A stretch of 64,000 nt of DNA from an uncultured Bacteroidales bacterium (GTDB taxonomy: Bacteria; Bacteroidota; Bacteroidia; Bacteroidales; UBA932): NCBI GenBank assembly GCA_947253655.1, contig CAMYAE010000005.1:5078-69077 (forward strand). Reading direction: 5' to 3'. The notes beneath the pieces were generated by a model. That model searched no databases. It was not told the origin of the DNA and saw only the letters and a program-made list of their open reading frames with translations. The position numbers and the translations under genes are program-made. Positions 16,332-25,818 of this stretch are shown here, in pieces. Position 1 is the stretch's first letter. The number at the start of each line of letters is the position of its first letter.

Positions 16332-18083
16332 TTAAATATTCCCTTGGTATATAACCTTTACGTTAGGATGTGCAAGTAGTTTCTGCATGTAAGACCCTTC
16401 AAAGCCGTCCATAGTACTGATGGCTTCAAAATTCCCAAGGATTATAAGTTTACATTTAGCCCTTGATAACGCGACATTCAACTTATTAGGATTGTACAAA
16501 AAATCAGATAGTTCGTTGATGTAATCTATATTGCCTGATGTCAAAGAAATAATAATAACCTCTCTTTCTTGACCTTGCAATTTATCTATAGTATCAACTA
16601 CTATTCCTCTCTTGTATTCATCCGCTATCATATCATCCTTGAATAGTTTTCTGCGTATTTCACTGCATTGAGCTCTAAAGGGTGCTAAGACGCCTATTCT
16701 GTTACAACTAAATCCAGCAGAGAAATACTCTCTTATAATAGCGTCAACTTCAACAGCTTCGCACGTTGATGATTGACGACCATTGCCTGAGATGTTCTTT
16801 GCAATTATGGAATAATCTCCTGATAGGTATTCACTATCGATATCTATAGATAGCCTTTTATCTGGATTGTATGATTTAAGTTTACCATCATAGAATAGGT
16901 CTGATACAACTTCACAGATAGGACCATTCATTCTGAATGATGTGTCAATCATCATGCAGTTCTTCTCACTCAACATATAGTTGAATACGGATTGCTTCAG
17001 TGGTTCGACAATGTTTTCAGCCTTGATTATAGGTGTTAACTGCTTATGATCACCGCATAATATGAGTTTCTTGCAATTGAAAGCGGCCATCATTGCCACC
17101 GGGATACTCATCTGTCCAGATTCATCAATTATAACTGTATCAAACTTAATCCCCTCGGCTCTGGATGAGTAGAAAGTATAAGGAGTCATTCCCATTACAA
17201 GGTTTGTCAACTCATTTACACGACCAACGTCAAGATAACAAGATATATTATTAATGGTCAAGGTTTTATCACCTGATACAAAAGAAAGACCAGCCGTCTG
17301 AAATGGATAACCGACTTTTAATATACCTTCGACATGACTAGGAAGGATTTCCCCGATTTTTACGAGAGCGTTGTTGATGGCCATATAGTTTGGTCCAGTA
17401 ATACATACTCTTTCACCAAGTTCGAAAGCCAAAATTATTGCAATAAGAGCTATGACAAACGATTTTCCTGTACCTGGAGGGCCTTGTAGCATATAGTAAT
17501 CTTTGGCGGCAAATGCTCTCGCGATAGCCTCTCTTTGTGACTCCAAAAGAGTCATGCCCAATTCCTGCTCTACTGTCTGGATATGTTGTTTCCAGACATC
17601 AACATCTACATCAAAAACCACATCTTGCTTCGATGGAATGATACTGCTATTCCAGAATGGGGAATCTTCACTCGGAAGATCTAACATAAATCGTCTGTAC
17701 GATGAAGCGAGGAAGTTTCCATATTGCTTTTCTACAACAACTTCTTTTCCATCATCAAAGCAGTGCATTGGTATGCCAGCTCTACCCCAGAATCCTATTA
17801 TTAGATTTTCCTCGTTATCATAGTCCCAGATTGTAGCCTCGTAGCCGTTGACCAAAACAGCATCTCCTACACCTAGTGATGAGTGGTTTGTATCAACTAT
17901 AAAACGACATAATCCATAATCGCCAGAAGACTTGGAATAATTTCTGTCGTAACGTAGGCCAACAATCGCTTTCCTTGCCTTGACTTTTTCTTTAATCGAA
18001 AGCTTTCTGTATGAATCTATCTCCCTCTGTGATTGAGCATGCTCCTCGTCAATGAATTGCTGTAAATCTTTTCTTGTAATCAT
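16332..18083 (-). CDS. Upf1-like SF1 helicase (AAA_11/AAA_12, DNA2/NAM7 type) with ~190-aa unknown N-terminal domain
   Basis: GPPGTGKS (motif I), VIIDESGQ (II), TSFRMNGPICEVVSDLFYDG (IV/V region), VDTIDKLQGQEREVIIISL, NVALSRAKCKLIILG (VI). Confidence 0.8.
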   Translation of the reverse strand: MITRKDLQQFIDEEHAQSQREIDSYRKLSIKEKVKARKAIVGLRYDRNYSKSSGDYGLCRFIVDTNHSSLGVGDAVLVNGYEATIWDYDNEENLIIGFWGRAGIPMHCFDDGKEVVVEKQYGNFLASSYRRFMLDLPSEDSPFWNSSIIPSKQDVVFDVDVDVWKQHIQTVEQELGMTLLESQREAIARAFAAKDYYMLQGPPGTGKSFVIALIAIILAFELGERVCITGPNYMAINNALVKIGEILPSHVEGILKVGYPFQTAGLSFVSGDKTLTINNISCYLDVGRVNELTNLVMGMTPYTFYSSRAEGIKFDTVIIDESGQMSIPVAMMAAFNCKKLILCGDHKQLTPIIKAENIVEPLKQSVFNYMLSEKNCMMIDTSFRMNGPICEVVSDLFYDGKLKSYNPDKRLSIDIDSEYLSGDYSIIAKNISGNGRQSSTCEAVEVDAIIREYFSAGFSCNRIGVLAPFRAQCSEIRRKLFKDDMIADEYKRGIVVDTIDKLQGQEREVIIISLTSGNIDYINELSDFLYNPNKLNVALSRAKCKLIILGNFEAISTMDGFEGSYMQKLLAHPNVKVIYQGNI

Positions 18084-18456
18084 CTCTTTATGCGAAATGC
18101 TTGTTCTTCTAGAATGTGGTTAATACAATCTTAACACAAAATTTTCCCGTCTTAGAGTTCGTACATATCCTCTACTGGCAGATATTCTCCGTATCTATCG
18201 CAATGTACATCTCTACATCGTTGAATTCGTGTGACATAACTTAGTGTGTGTTTGATTTCTACAAATATAACGATTTGTGCTAACTTTACATAAGCGTATC
18301 ATACGCTATGGCAAAGATTTATGTAGCAAGAAGTTGGAGTAATGCTTTATATAAAGATATGGATCAGCGACTTCGTGACGCTAGCCATTAGGTCTATGAT
18401 TTCCGCAATCATCCCTTACGGCAAGCAGCACATAGAACGTCTCGTATCCACGCTCC

Positions 18457-19058
18457 GTTTGCGGTGTATATTGATATGCACACAATCTATGAACAGGATC
18501 GGAGAGTAAGCGTCCAAACTGCGGCCCAGCCACTCCTGGACGTCTTTCCGAAGGTAATCCGGCATCCTCAAAATGCTTGCCTTGCCGTAGTGTTCCCCAT
18601 AGATGTCATTGAACACCTCGCCGACCTGCTCCTGAGTCAGTCCCTTGCTGTACAGAGTGCCGGCCAAGCGTTCGCATTCGTCCTCCTGATTGCGCAGGAC
18701 CGCCAGTATCTGAGGATGAAAGTTGCCATACCTGTCTCGGGGTATACGGAATGTAAGAGTCCGTCCCTAACCGTAGGTGTGCCCCATTCTGTACCCGTTC
18801 CCCTTATTACCAGACACGGTGTCCTCACGCGTGTATTCGCACCTTTCAGCGACCATCATACTCTCAATCATTATCTCCAGCAGGTCCTGTAGACCATTTT
18901 CTCTTTCCGCATGCTTGCATAATACCTCGGAAAGTTGTTCCTTTGTGAAATACATAAGTCTACGTTTTTTTAGAGTTCTTGTTTTGTGTTTACAAATCTA
19001 AAGAAATCCGTAGACTTTCTTTTTATCTCATCTCAGACACACTTTTTGAAACAGTATC
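18457..19058 (-). mobile_element. IS256-family ~0.6 kb deletion derivative, copy B (inverted relative to copy A)
   Basis: The reverse complement is near-identical to 8983-9597: same terminal GATACTGTTTCAAAAAGTGTGTCTGAG and the same internal end point ...CACCGCAAAC. Carries transposase N-terminal fragment ORFs 18767..18955 and 18416..18667 (frameshifted). Confidence 0.65.
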
Positions 19059-19652
19059 AAGGATTGTCGTTTGAAGCGTTATAATCACTGATAAACGATG
19101 CAATGGATTTCCTGAATATCTTTGTGGCCGGTCAAATGAAAGAACAATCTCCGGTCTGCTTGTGCTGCAATTAAAATTGACCTTTAGTGTAAATCTGTCG
19201 TAATATGTGCATCCTTTAACCCGTCTTGTAGCATGAGCCTGCCCGAGAAGCCATACTTGGTTGTCACCGATAAATGTCGGTTCCACTATGGTGTTCATTC
19301 TTTGGAAATAGAACATAATTTCTCGATTGAAATATCTTTTGACAAGTGCAAAATTCTTCAGGTTGTTGAAGTCGATTTACAACTTTGAGTATCCGTCAAC
19401 CTCACGTGAAAATGATGTGTATATTGTTTCCGCATTTCCGATTCTGGGGAATATTTCTTCAATATTAACTGGAAACAGTTGGTGAGAAAGCGGAGTCAAT
19501 GACATACCTTCCTTGTCTGTTCTCGAGAACCAGAAAGTAACTGGCTCAGAAGGGAAGCTGAATAGAAGCGAATTTAGTCGAAGGTCTTTTTTCGCTGGCT
19601 CCTGTGTATAGTTATTGCCTTTGTAGTATGCGATTTTGAACGTTTTTTAGTG

Positions 19653-21383
19653 TTATTTGAGTTCTGCGGATTCGATGGTCGCCTGACCGCAGAAGGAGGC
19701 TTCTAGCATCTCGAGGGAGGTGGTACCTTTGTCGAATGCGAACCATATGTACGGTGCATCATCGGAGCGATACATCTTGCCGATGTATTCTTCGAAATTG
19801 GCGTTAACGAAAGCCTTGATGTCGCCGAAAGGGGTAACACGAAAGAAGTCGCATTTGCCGTTATAGACGCTTATGAGGTCGGTGCGGAACTTGTCGTGGA
19901 TGCGGTGCTTGACGCTCTCGTTGTCAGAGTTGGTGACGTATGAAGCGAGAACGAACAGGAAGTTGATATTGTACGCCTGAAGAACCAGTGTGTCTCGGTC
20001 AAACGGACGGTTCTTGAAGTGGGCGTTTGCCGGTATGATCTGGTTGTTCTGAGACAGACGATCCTCGGAGTAGCAGGCGTGCCCATCGGTCAGGTCTTCA
20101 GCCTTGACATATCCGCGCACGAAGAAGTTCGGCGTCAAGTTATAGCCCTCTGTAAGGGGGTCACGATAGCGGACGTTCTCAATTATCCATTGCTCCTCAT
20201 TTTTCAATTCACCGGGAAGCTTGTTGAAGATGTTGATGTTGAGCTGGATTATGTTCTTGGCATAGGTGAACTGTTTGTAGATGGATTTCTCGTCCAGGTC
20301 GGAGCCGTAGAAGTAGTACTTACTGTCGCCTATGTAGTAGATTTGGCTGTTGTCCACAAGGGATTTGTCCTTGTAGATGTGGTCGATTTCCTTGCCGTCT
20401 TCGTTCTCCTTGAGGTCGGAGAATATGTCGTCACCGATGAGACAGTCAACCATATCTTCGAACACTCGGTCAAATTTGCTGGCGAGGAGGGCTTCCTCCC
20501 GACTCTTGCCGGACCGTATGGTCTCTGACTTTTCGAAGAAGGCGTAGAGCAGTTTCCAGAGGAGAACCAGTTCGTCCTTGAAGTATTTGCAACGGATGGA
20601 GCGGAGCAGTTTGGTGCCTCGCTTTGACTCTATCATTGCATCGACCTTGGCAGGCTTAATCAGCTCGTAGTTCAGGTTGGCTCGAACGGGGAAGAAGTAG
20701 CGCAGCCGCAGATATTCCAGGACCGAGTAGAAAATGACTATGAGTTCCTCGTCATAGTTGATTGCCTTTTTCTTGTTGCGGAATTCAGCATAGAACGGCT
20801 CGTTATCTTGAATGATTGGCTGTACTGTGCTTATGGTCTTTCCCCAATGAATCTTGTTGTTGCCGCTGGTGTTTATTATGGAGATGTAGGTGAAAAGGTT
20901 CGCATGCTCCTTGTGGAATGCGACGAGGGAGAGGATGGTGTCGAGAAGTGTCTGGTTATCCTCGCCTTTGTCCGAATTCACTCTGCGGATGTCCGTGCGC
21001 CTGATGATTTCACTTTTTGGATGACGGACGGAATACTTATCGATTGCTCGATAGATCCAGGTGGAAAGGCCGAACAGCACTCGGTCAAGACCATCTTCTT
21101 TGAGAGGGTTGTGGTCCGGGGAGATTTCAATGACGTCTTCGACTGAATACTTCCCGAAGGCGATTTCCAGCAGGTTTTTCTCTTTGTCTATCTTGCCGCT
21201 TCCTTCAAACAGGAAGACCTTCGGCAGGATGAATATCGTGTCGTTTATCTTCGGAGAATAGATATAGCCTACATACGTCAGGATTCCCTCGATCTTGTCC
21301 CTTGACGTGTACACGTAGGACTCAAGGCCGTAGCTCTCCAGCAGTTCTGGGCTGTATGACTGTCCTTCGAAGAGAATTCTCAT
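19653..21383 (-). CDS. McrC-like / LlaJI.R2-like endonuclease subunit (PD-(D/E)xK)
   Basis: Third gene of the dcm-mcrB operon, 10-bp spacing. C-terminal region with IDHIYKDK...YYIGDSKYY resembling the McrC D...(D/E)xK nuclease motif. Confidence 0.6.
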   Translation of the reverse strand: MRILFEGQSYSPELLESYGLESYVYTSRDKIEGILTYVGYIYSPKINDTIFILPKVFLFEGSGKIDKEKNLLEIAFGKYSVEDVIEISPDHNPLKEDGLDRVLFGLSTWIYRAIDKYSVRHPKSEIIRRTDIRRVNSDKGEDNQTLLDTILSLVAFHKEHANLFTYISIINTSGNNKIHWGKTISTVQPIIQDNEPFYAEFRNKKKAINYDEELIVIFYSVLEYLRLRYFFPVRANLNYELIKPAKVDAMIESKRGTKLLRSIRCKYFKDELVLLWKLLYAFFEKSETIRSGKSREEALLASKFDRVFEDMVDCLIGDDIFSDLKENEDGKEIDHIYKDKSLVDNSQIYYIGDSKYYFYGSDLDEKSIYKQFTYAKNIIQLNINIFNKLPGELKNEEQWIIENVRYRDPLTEGYNLTPNFFVRGYVKAEDLTDGHACYSEDRLSQNNQIIPANAHFKNRPFDRDTLVLQAYNINFLFVLASYVTNSDNESVKHRIHDKFRTDLISVYNGKCDFFRVTPFGDIKAFVNANFEEYIGKMYRSDDAPYIWFAFDKGTTSLEMLEASFCGQATIESAELK

Positions 21384-21393
21384 ACCGCTGTCG

Positions 21394-23022
21394 TTATGCT
21401 TCCTCTACCTCGATATAAGCCATAAATCCCTGCAAACGCTTGTTGGTGTCGTCATTGGTAGGGAAGAGGCTGTTGAATGTGAATTCGGCATCGCTGTCGT
21501 TCTTGTCCTTGAAGAAAGAGCCGGACTTCTCATATTCCTTGCATACCTCGCTCCAGAGGTAGAACATAACTTTGCTCTTGAACTCTTCAACATCAACATC
21601 CTTCTTGATGAAGAAGTTGCCCATCTGTTTGTCCTCGGAATCTGAAAGTTTATGGATGCATTCGTTGGCCTTATCGAGGAATGAAGCCCATTTGTACATC
21701 TTGTCTCCGATTGTGATCTTGAACTGAGATTTAGTATTAGAAGAATCAATCGGCACATATTCCCAAGCCCAGCGACGCTTGAATGCACTGTCCATAGGGA
21801 AGAGGGACTGGTCTGAAGTGTTCATTGTAGCCAGTATGTGAAAATTCTTCGGGAGACAAAGTTTCCCGTTATCAATCCCTTCGCTTCCGTCAACTTCATC
21901 AATATCAAGTCTTCTTAATTCTACTTCAAGATAATCCTTGAGGTCGGTGTCAGCATCGATAGGGTATTCTGAATATCCATCATACCTATCGAGTAGTTGG
22001 AAAAGGTCTCCAAATATCTGTGCACAATTCCCTCTGTTAATCTCTTCAATAACAAGATATACAGGGATATCTGGATTTTTCCAAGCTTTACAATATGCCT
22101 TTGTGAACGCTTGAGGAATAAATTCGTATGTCAAAGTGTCTGCAACCTTCTTCGGCTTATATGCTCCCACAAATGTGGAATAGTCGGAATCCGGATGGAA
22201 TGTTGTCCTGAAATCAATACCAGGATTATTGTTAATGTATTCTGCGACAGAGTGGGATTTGCCACACCCAGGTGCACCAAAGTATATCTTTTGCAGTGCC
22301 ACAGCTATTGTCGGCGCAGGAGTGTTTGCTGGCGGATTGGCAATTGCAAACAAAGTTCTAATATCGTCATCGTCGATTTCAGGAGCCAAAGAAACGAAAG
22401 TGAGTCCAAGAACTTGACAATAGTTGTCGAAATCTTGTTGCAATGGAAGAATTTGAGTGGCATAATCTGCCGTCAACAATGAATTAAGCTCATCTCTAAC
22501 GGACATATAGAAATTAGCCTCCGTGAGTTTGTGAGAACGCAAAAGCCAAAGAACCAGAGCTGTTTTATGCAAAGGTGCCGATATGTATGCATCCAAATTT
22601 TTAATCAGATTCGGGTTCTCGAAAAGTTTTCCCGATTGGACGTGCATTATAGGATTAGACCCTCTGCGGGGGAAAACAAGTTGCTGTCCTCCGTTTTTGG
22701 TTGATTCCCTAACAACATTGACAGAATAAAAATTGCTTCCTACGGCATAATCTGAATTATGGTCAAGAGGGTAGTAAAAATTAGATGTGTATGAAGTATT
22801 ATTTACAGAAACAACCTTGCCCACATTCTCAATATATGCAGCGGCATCATCTTTATCTTTGACATTGCATTCACGTCCAAATTTTTTGTAGAACATATCG
22901 AGTGCGATGGAGTAACGAATTGCACTCACTCTTTGAGTTGCCCCCTGAGCAAGAGGATCTGTGCTTAAAGTCGACAGTTTCTTATAAGCGGCAAGTATTG
23001 TCTCTTTTGATAAAAAAGCCAT
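21394..23022 (-). CDS. McrB-family AAA+ GTPase restriction subunit (LlaJI.R1 / BsuMI-like) with ~230-aa N-terminal DNA-recognition region
   Basis: Walker A YFGAPGCGKSH. McrB signature LVIEEINRGNCAQIFGDLFQLLDR. ILATMNTSDQSLFPMDSAFKRRWAWEY matches the McrB NTD.R..D.AL.RRF motif. Confidence 0.8.
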   Translation of the reverse strand: MAFLSKETILAAYKKLSTLSTDPLAQGATQRVSAIRYSIALDMFYKKFGRECNVKDKDDAAAYIENVGKVVSVNNTSYTSNFYYPLDHNSDYAVGSNFYSVNVVRESTKNGGQQLVFPRRGSNPIMHVQSGKLFENPNLIKNLDAYISAPLHKTALVLWLLRSHKLTEANFYMSVRDELNSLLTADYATQILPLQQDFDNYCQVLGLTFVSLAPEIDDDDIRTLFAIANPPANTPAPTIAVALQKIYFGAPGCGKSHSVAEYINNNPGIDFRTTFHPDSDYSTFVGAYKPKKVADTLTYEFIPQAFTKAYCKAWKNPDIPVYLVIEEINRGNCAQIFGDLFQLLDRYDGYSEYPIDADTDLKDYLEVELRRLDIDEVDGSEGIDNGKLCLPKNFHILATMNTSDQSLFPMDSAFKRRWAWEYVPIDSSNTKSQFKITIGDKMYKWASFLDKANECIHKLSDSEDKQMGNFFIKKDVDVEEFKSKVMFYLWSEVCKEYEKSGSFFKDKNDSDAEFTFNSLFPTNDDTNKRLQGFMAYIEVEEA

Positions 23023-23026
23023 AATG

Positions 23027-24241
23027 CTATTTCTTTATCTGGTTAATCAATGACGTTGCAACCACCCATCCAAGAACGGGTGGAACTGCATTACCAATTA
23101 CTTTATATCGTGATTGAAGAGGAATTGACTCAAATGAATAGTTGTCAGGGAAAGACTGGATTCTGGCAATCTCCCGAACAGAATATCTTCTATTCTCAAC
23201 TGGATGGGTTATGCCACAATTTTCGGGTTGAGCAGACGCAGTGATTGTGCCATTGATTTCCCCAAAAGCGAATCTTCTGAAAAATTTAGGTGCATGATAC
23301 TTCTTGGGGTCATCGTAAATTTTCTTAAATCGTGGCGTAAGCTTTTCTGGGGGAATATCTTTCCATGATTTGCCTTCAAATACTCTGTCCGGCATGTCTG
23401 ATAACTTGAAATCTCCCTCAAAATATTTTGATGCTGAGGCTTTATGCGAACACGGCCCAATAAGTTCAATCATATCCTGGGTAGTTTTGCTATACTCCCA
23501 GCATCCTTCGTCATTCAACTTTTTGACATCATGAAGGATTGAACCCAATAACAGCTTTTCGTATGTTCCATTTTTTTCTGATGGGATGTCGAAAACGTTT
23601 ACAAGGCGGTCCATCTCTGCGAAATCGAACGAGCCTATTGATTTAAGTATACCGATTATTAGCACTCGATATCTTTTTTGAGGTACGCCATAGTCACTTG
23701 CGCGAACAAGTTGCATACTGACATTATATCCAAGTACCTCCATCCTATTTCTTATTTCTTGCGGAACAGTGATGCCGGATGGCATTTTTGAAGACAAGAT
23801 GCCACGGACATTTTCAAAAACAAAAGCGGCTGGTGCTTTGCCTGTATCAACTTTATGTTTGATTATTCTTTCGCATTCTTCGAAAAGAGTACCTCTTCCG
23901 TTATCATCGTTGACGCCCTTTCTGTTTCCAGCATTAGAAAAAGGCTGACATGGAAAGCCGGCGAGAAGAATGTCAAAGTCCGGAATAGACTCTGATGACA
24001 CTTCTCGTATATCTTTTAGAAGACAATTCGTGCCGTCCGATACAAGTAGTGGATTTGCATTATAGCAATCGGCAGCATTCTTATCAAAATCATTTGCAAA
24101 CACTATTGATGTCGGCTGCTTTGAGAATTCTTTTCCGTAAAATGTAAAACCTCCTGTAAATCCAAGGTCAAGTCCGCCGCATCCAGAAAATAAGGATGCT
24201 ACGCGAATTTTGTCGCCAAATATGTATTTCTTCTTTGCCAT
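23027..24241 (-). CDS. dcm: DNA (cytosine-5)-methyltransferase
   Basis: Motif I FSGCGG, motif IV PCQPFS, ENV, QKRYRVLIIG, GNAVPP. 4 bp upstream of the McrB-like gene. Confidence 0.9.
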   Translation of the reverse strand: MAKKKYIFGDKIRVASLFSGCGGLDLGFTGGFTFYGKEFSKQPTSIVFANDFDKNAADCYNANPLLVSDGTNCLLKDIREVSSESIPDFDILLAGFPCQPFSNAGNRKGVNDDNGRGTLFEECERIIKHKVDTGKAPAAFVFENVRGILSSKMPSGITVPQEIRNRMEVLGYNVSMQLVRASDYGVPQKRYRVLIIGILKSIGSFDFAEMDRLVNVFDIPSEKNGTYEKLLLGSILHDVKKLNDEGCWEYSKTTQDMIELIGPCSHKASASKYFEGDFKLSDMPDRVFEGKSWKDIPPEKLTPRFKKIYDDPKKYHAPKFFRRFAFGEINGTITASAQPENCGITHPVENRRYSVREIARIQSFPDNYSFESIPLQSRYKVIGNAVPPVLGWVVATSLINQIKK

Positions 24242-24349
24242 GAAAGTGAATACTTCTGTTTTTAACTAACAAATTTACAAAAATATTGTCAGTAATAAAT
24301 AAACGAGTACTCAATTTATCTTTGGTAGAGTCAAAAAGCAAGTGCAACA

Positions 24350-25439
24350 TTACGACAAAAATTTGAAAAATTCATCCTTAGGTGTGGAAAAGTTGAGTTT
24401 TTCTCTATGCCTCCTGTTGATTTTCAGCTGCTCCGAGTGGATGAATTCGTCCGTAAGCAGGTCAAAGTCAGTGCCTTTCGGCATATACTGCCTGATAAGT
24501 TTGTTGGCGTCCTTTTCGCTCTGGAAACGGGGCTTGTTTACGAGGTATATGCCCAGGTATTCGCGCCGGACGTACTTGCGAGTGCGGGGCTCTCAGGGGC
24601 GGATAGAAGTCCAGATAGAGGGTGATTTTGCCGCTTGGCAGCAGTTGCTGCCGAAGTGTTACTTTTGTTGCTCCCATTGCCGCTTATCTTTTTGAATAAC
24701 TTATCGAGTTCGTCTTTCTTGTACCAGACGTAGTTGCCTTCCGTCCGGGCTTTGGGCACGCCTGCGGCCCGGGTCTCTTCAGAGAAGCGTTTCTGGCCGA
24801 TGCGGTAGTGCTTCTTGGCCTGGTCCACGGTGAGGTGGTTTTTGTCGATGTCGCCCTGGAAGATGTGCGCTTTCTCCCATTCTTTCTTGCCGAGCAGGAG
24901 GGTGCGTCCGGTGTGGCGGCGGGGGATGGCCTTGTGCCGTGCGAGGTCGGAGATGTATTTACGGGTGAGGCCTTCGCCGTTGATGAGGTCTTCCGCATCG
25001 ATCCATTCGTCCGGGTTGTAGTCGGGTTTGGGGTTGAACATCCGCTCGATGTCCGGCTTGGACCGGAAGGAGACACCTTTGATGAGTTTGGGCCTGATGC
25101 CTTCTTCTTTCAAGCATTTGTACAGCCAGCACTCGGATATGTCGGTACTTGCTCAGGACATCGGCCTTTGAAATGAGCGAGGAGGAATCGCCTTTCGTGG
25201 GCTTGGGCTGCATCTGGGTGCTTGTCTCGAGTTGTACGATTGGAATCCTGACGGTGCTGTGGATATGCGTAGGGGAGTGGGGCCCCTTGCTCGATCCTGG
25301 CGTACAGTGTAGGCCGGATTACTCCGATGAACTTTGCGGCTTCGGAAATGAGATGTGTCTTGCCTTCTAGCACCTCACGATCGGCGGAGGTTTCGGTGCG
25401 AGCCTTGCGGGCCTTACTATGGACTCGTTTCTTTCGCAT
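24350..25439 (-). pseudogene. Degraded mobile-element DNA-binding gene(s): HTH_17/excisionase-like modules spread over three frames
   Basis: Fragments MRKKRVHSKARKAR..HLISEAAKFIGVIRPTLYARIEQG, ..GLTRKYISDLARHKAIPRRHTGRTLL.., ..HLTVDQAKKHYRIGQKRFSEETRAAGVPKARTEGNYVWYKKDELDKLF.., ..NRRHREKLNFSTPKDEFFKFLS* require at least 3 frame changes. Locally elevated GC. Confidence 0.45.
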
Positions 25440-25818
25440 CTGGTGCGTGTTTAGGCAGGTATCCGAGCAGTATTTCCGCTTCAGATTGTCTGTCGTGAAC
25501 GTGCTGACTCAGCAGGTGCATTTTTTCGTGACTGAGTGCATAAGTTTTACAACTTTTCGGCAGTTATGAGGTCTGTGATCTCGTTTATGCAGTTTTACCT
25601 CTCCAATGGGTACAGGTTTGTAAATCTATGTAAATCCGTGTAAGGTTCTGCACTTTGGCGTGCCCCCCTCCACTACCTTGAACCACGCGTGGTTTAAATA
25701 AAGCAAAAAAGTCCCGAATTAGACCAAACTAACGGGGAAAAGTTTTCAACATGTTTCAGTTGATTATGTGAGAGTTACGCCCTTTTGTACGGAGCGTGTA
25801 GAGTGTGTTTAGGTGTAC

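Noticed and set aside
20019-20528. 169-aa plus-strand ORF inside the McrC-like gene
   Set aside because: Antisense ORF with V/G/L-rich low-complexity product; the McrC-like frame is far better supported.
24684-25213. Several 68-130-aa ORFs on both strands (24684..25076, 24808..25176, 24959..25213) with P/R/S/T-rich products
   Set aside because: Produced by the locally high GC content. They overlap the frameshifted HTH_17-like remnants and have no protein-like composition.
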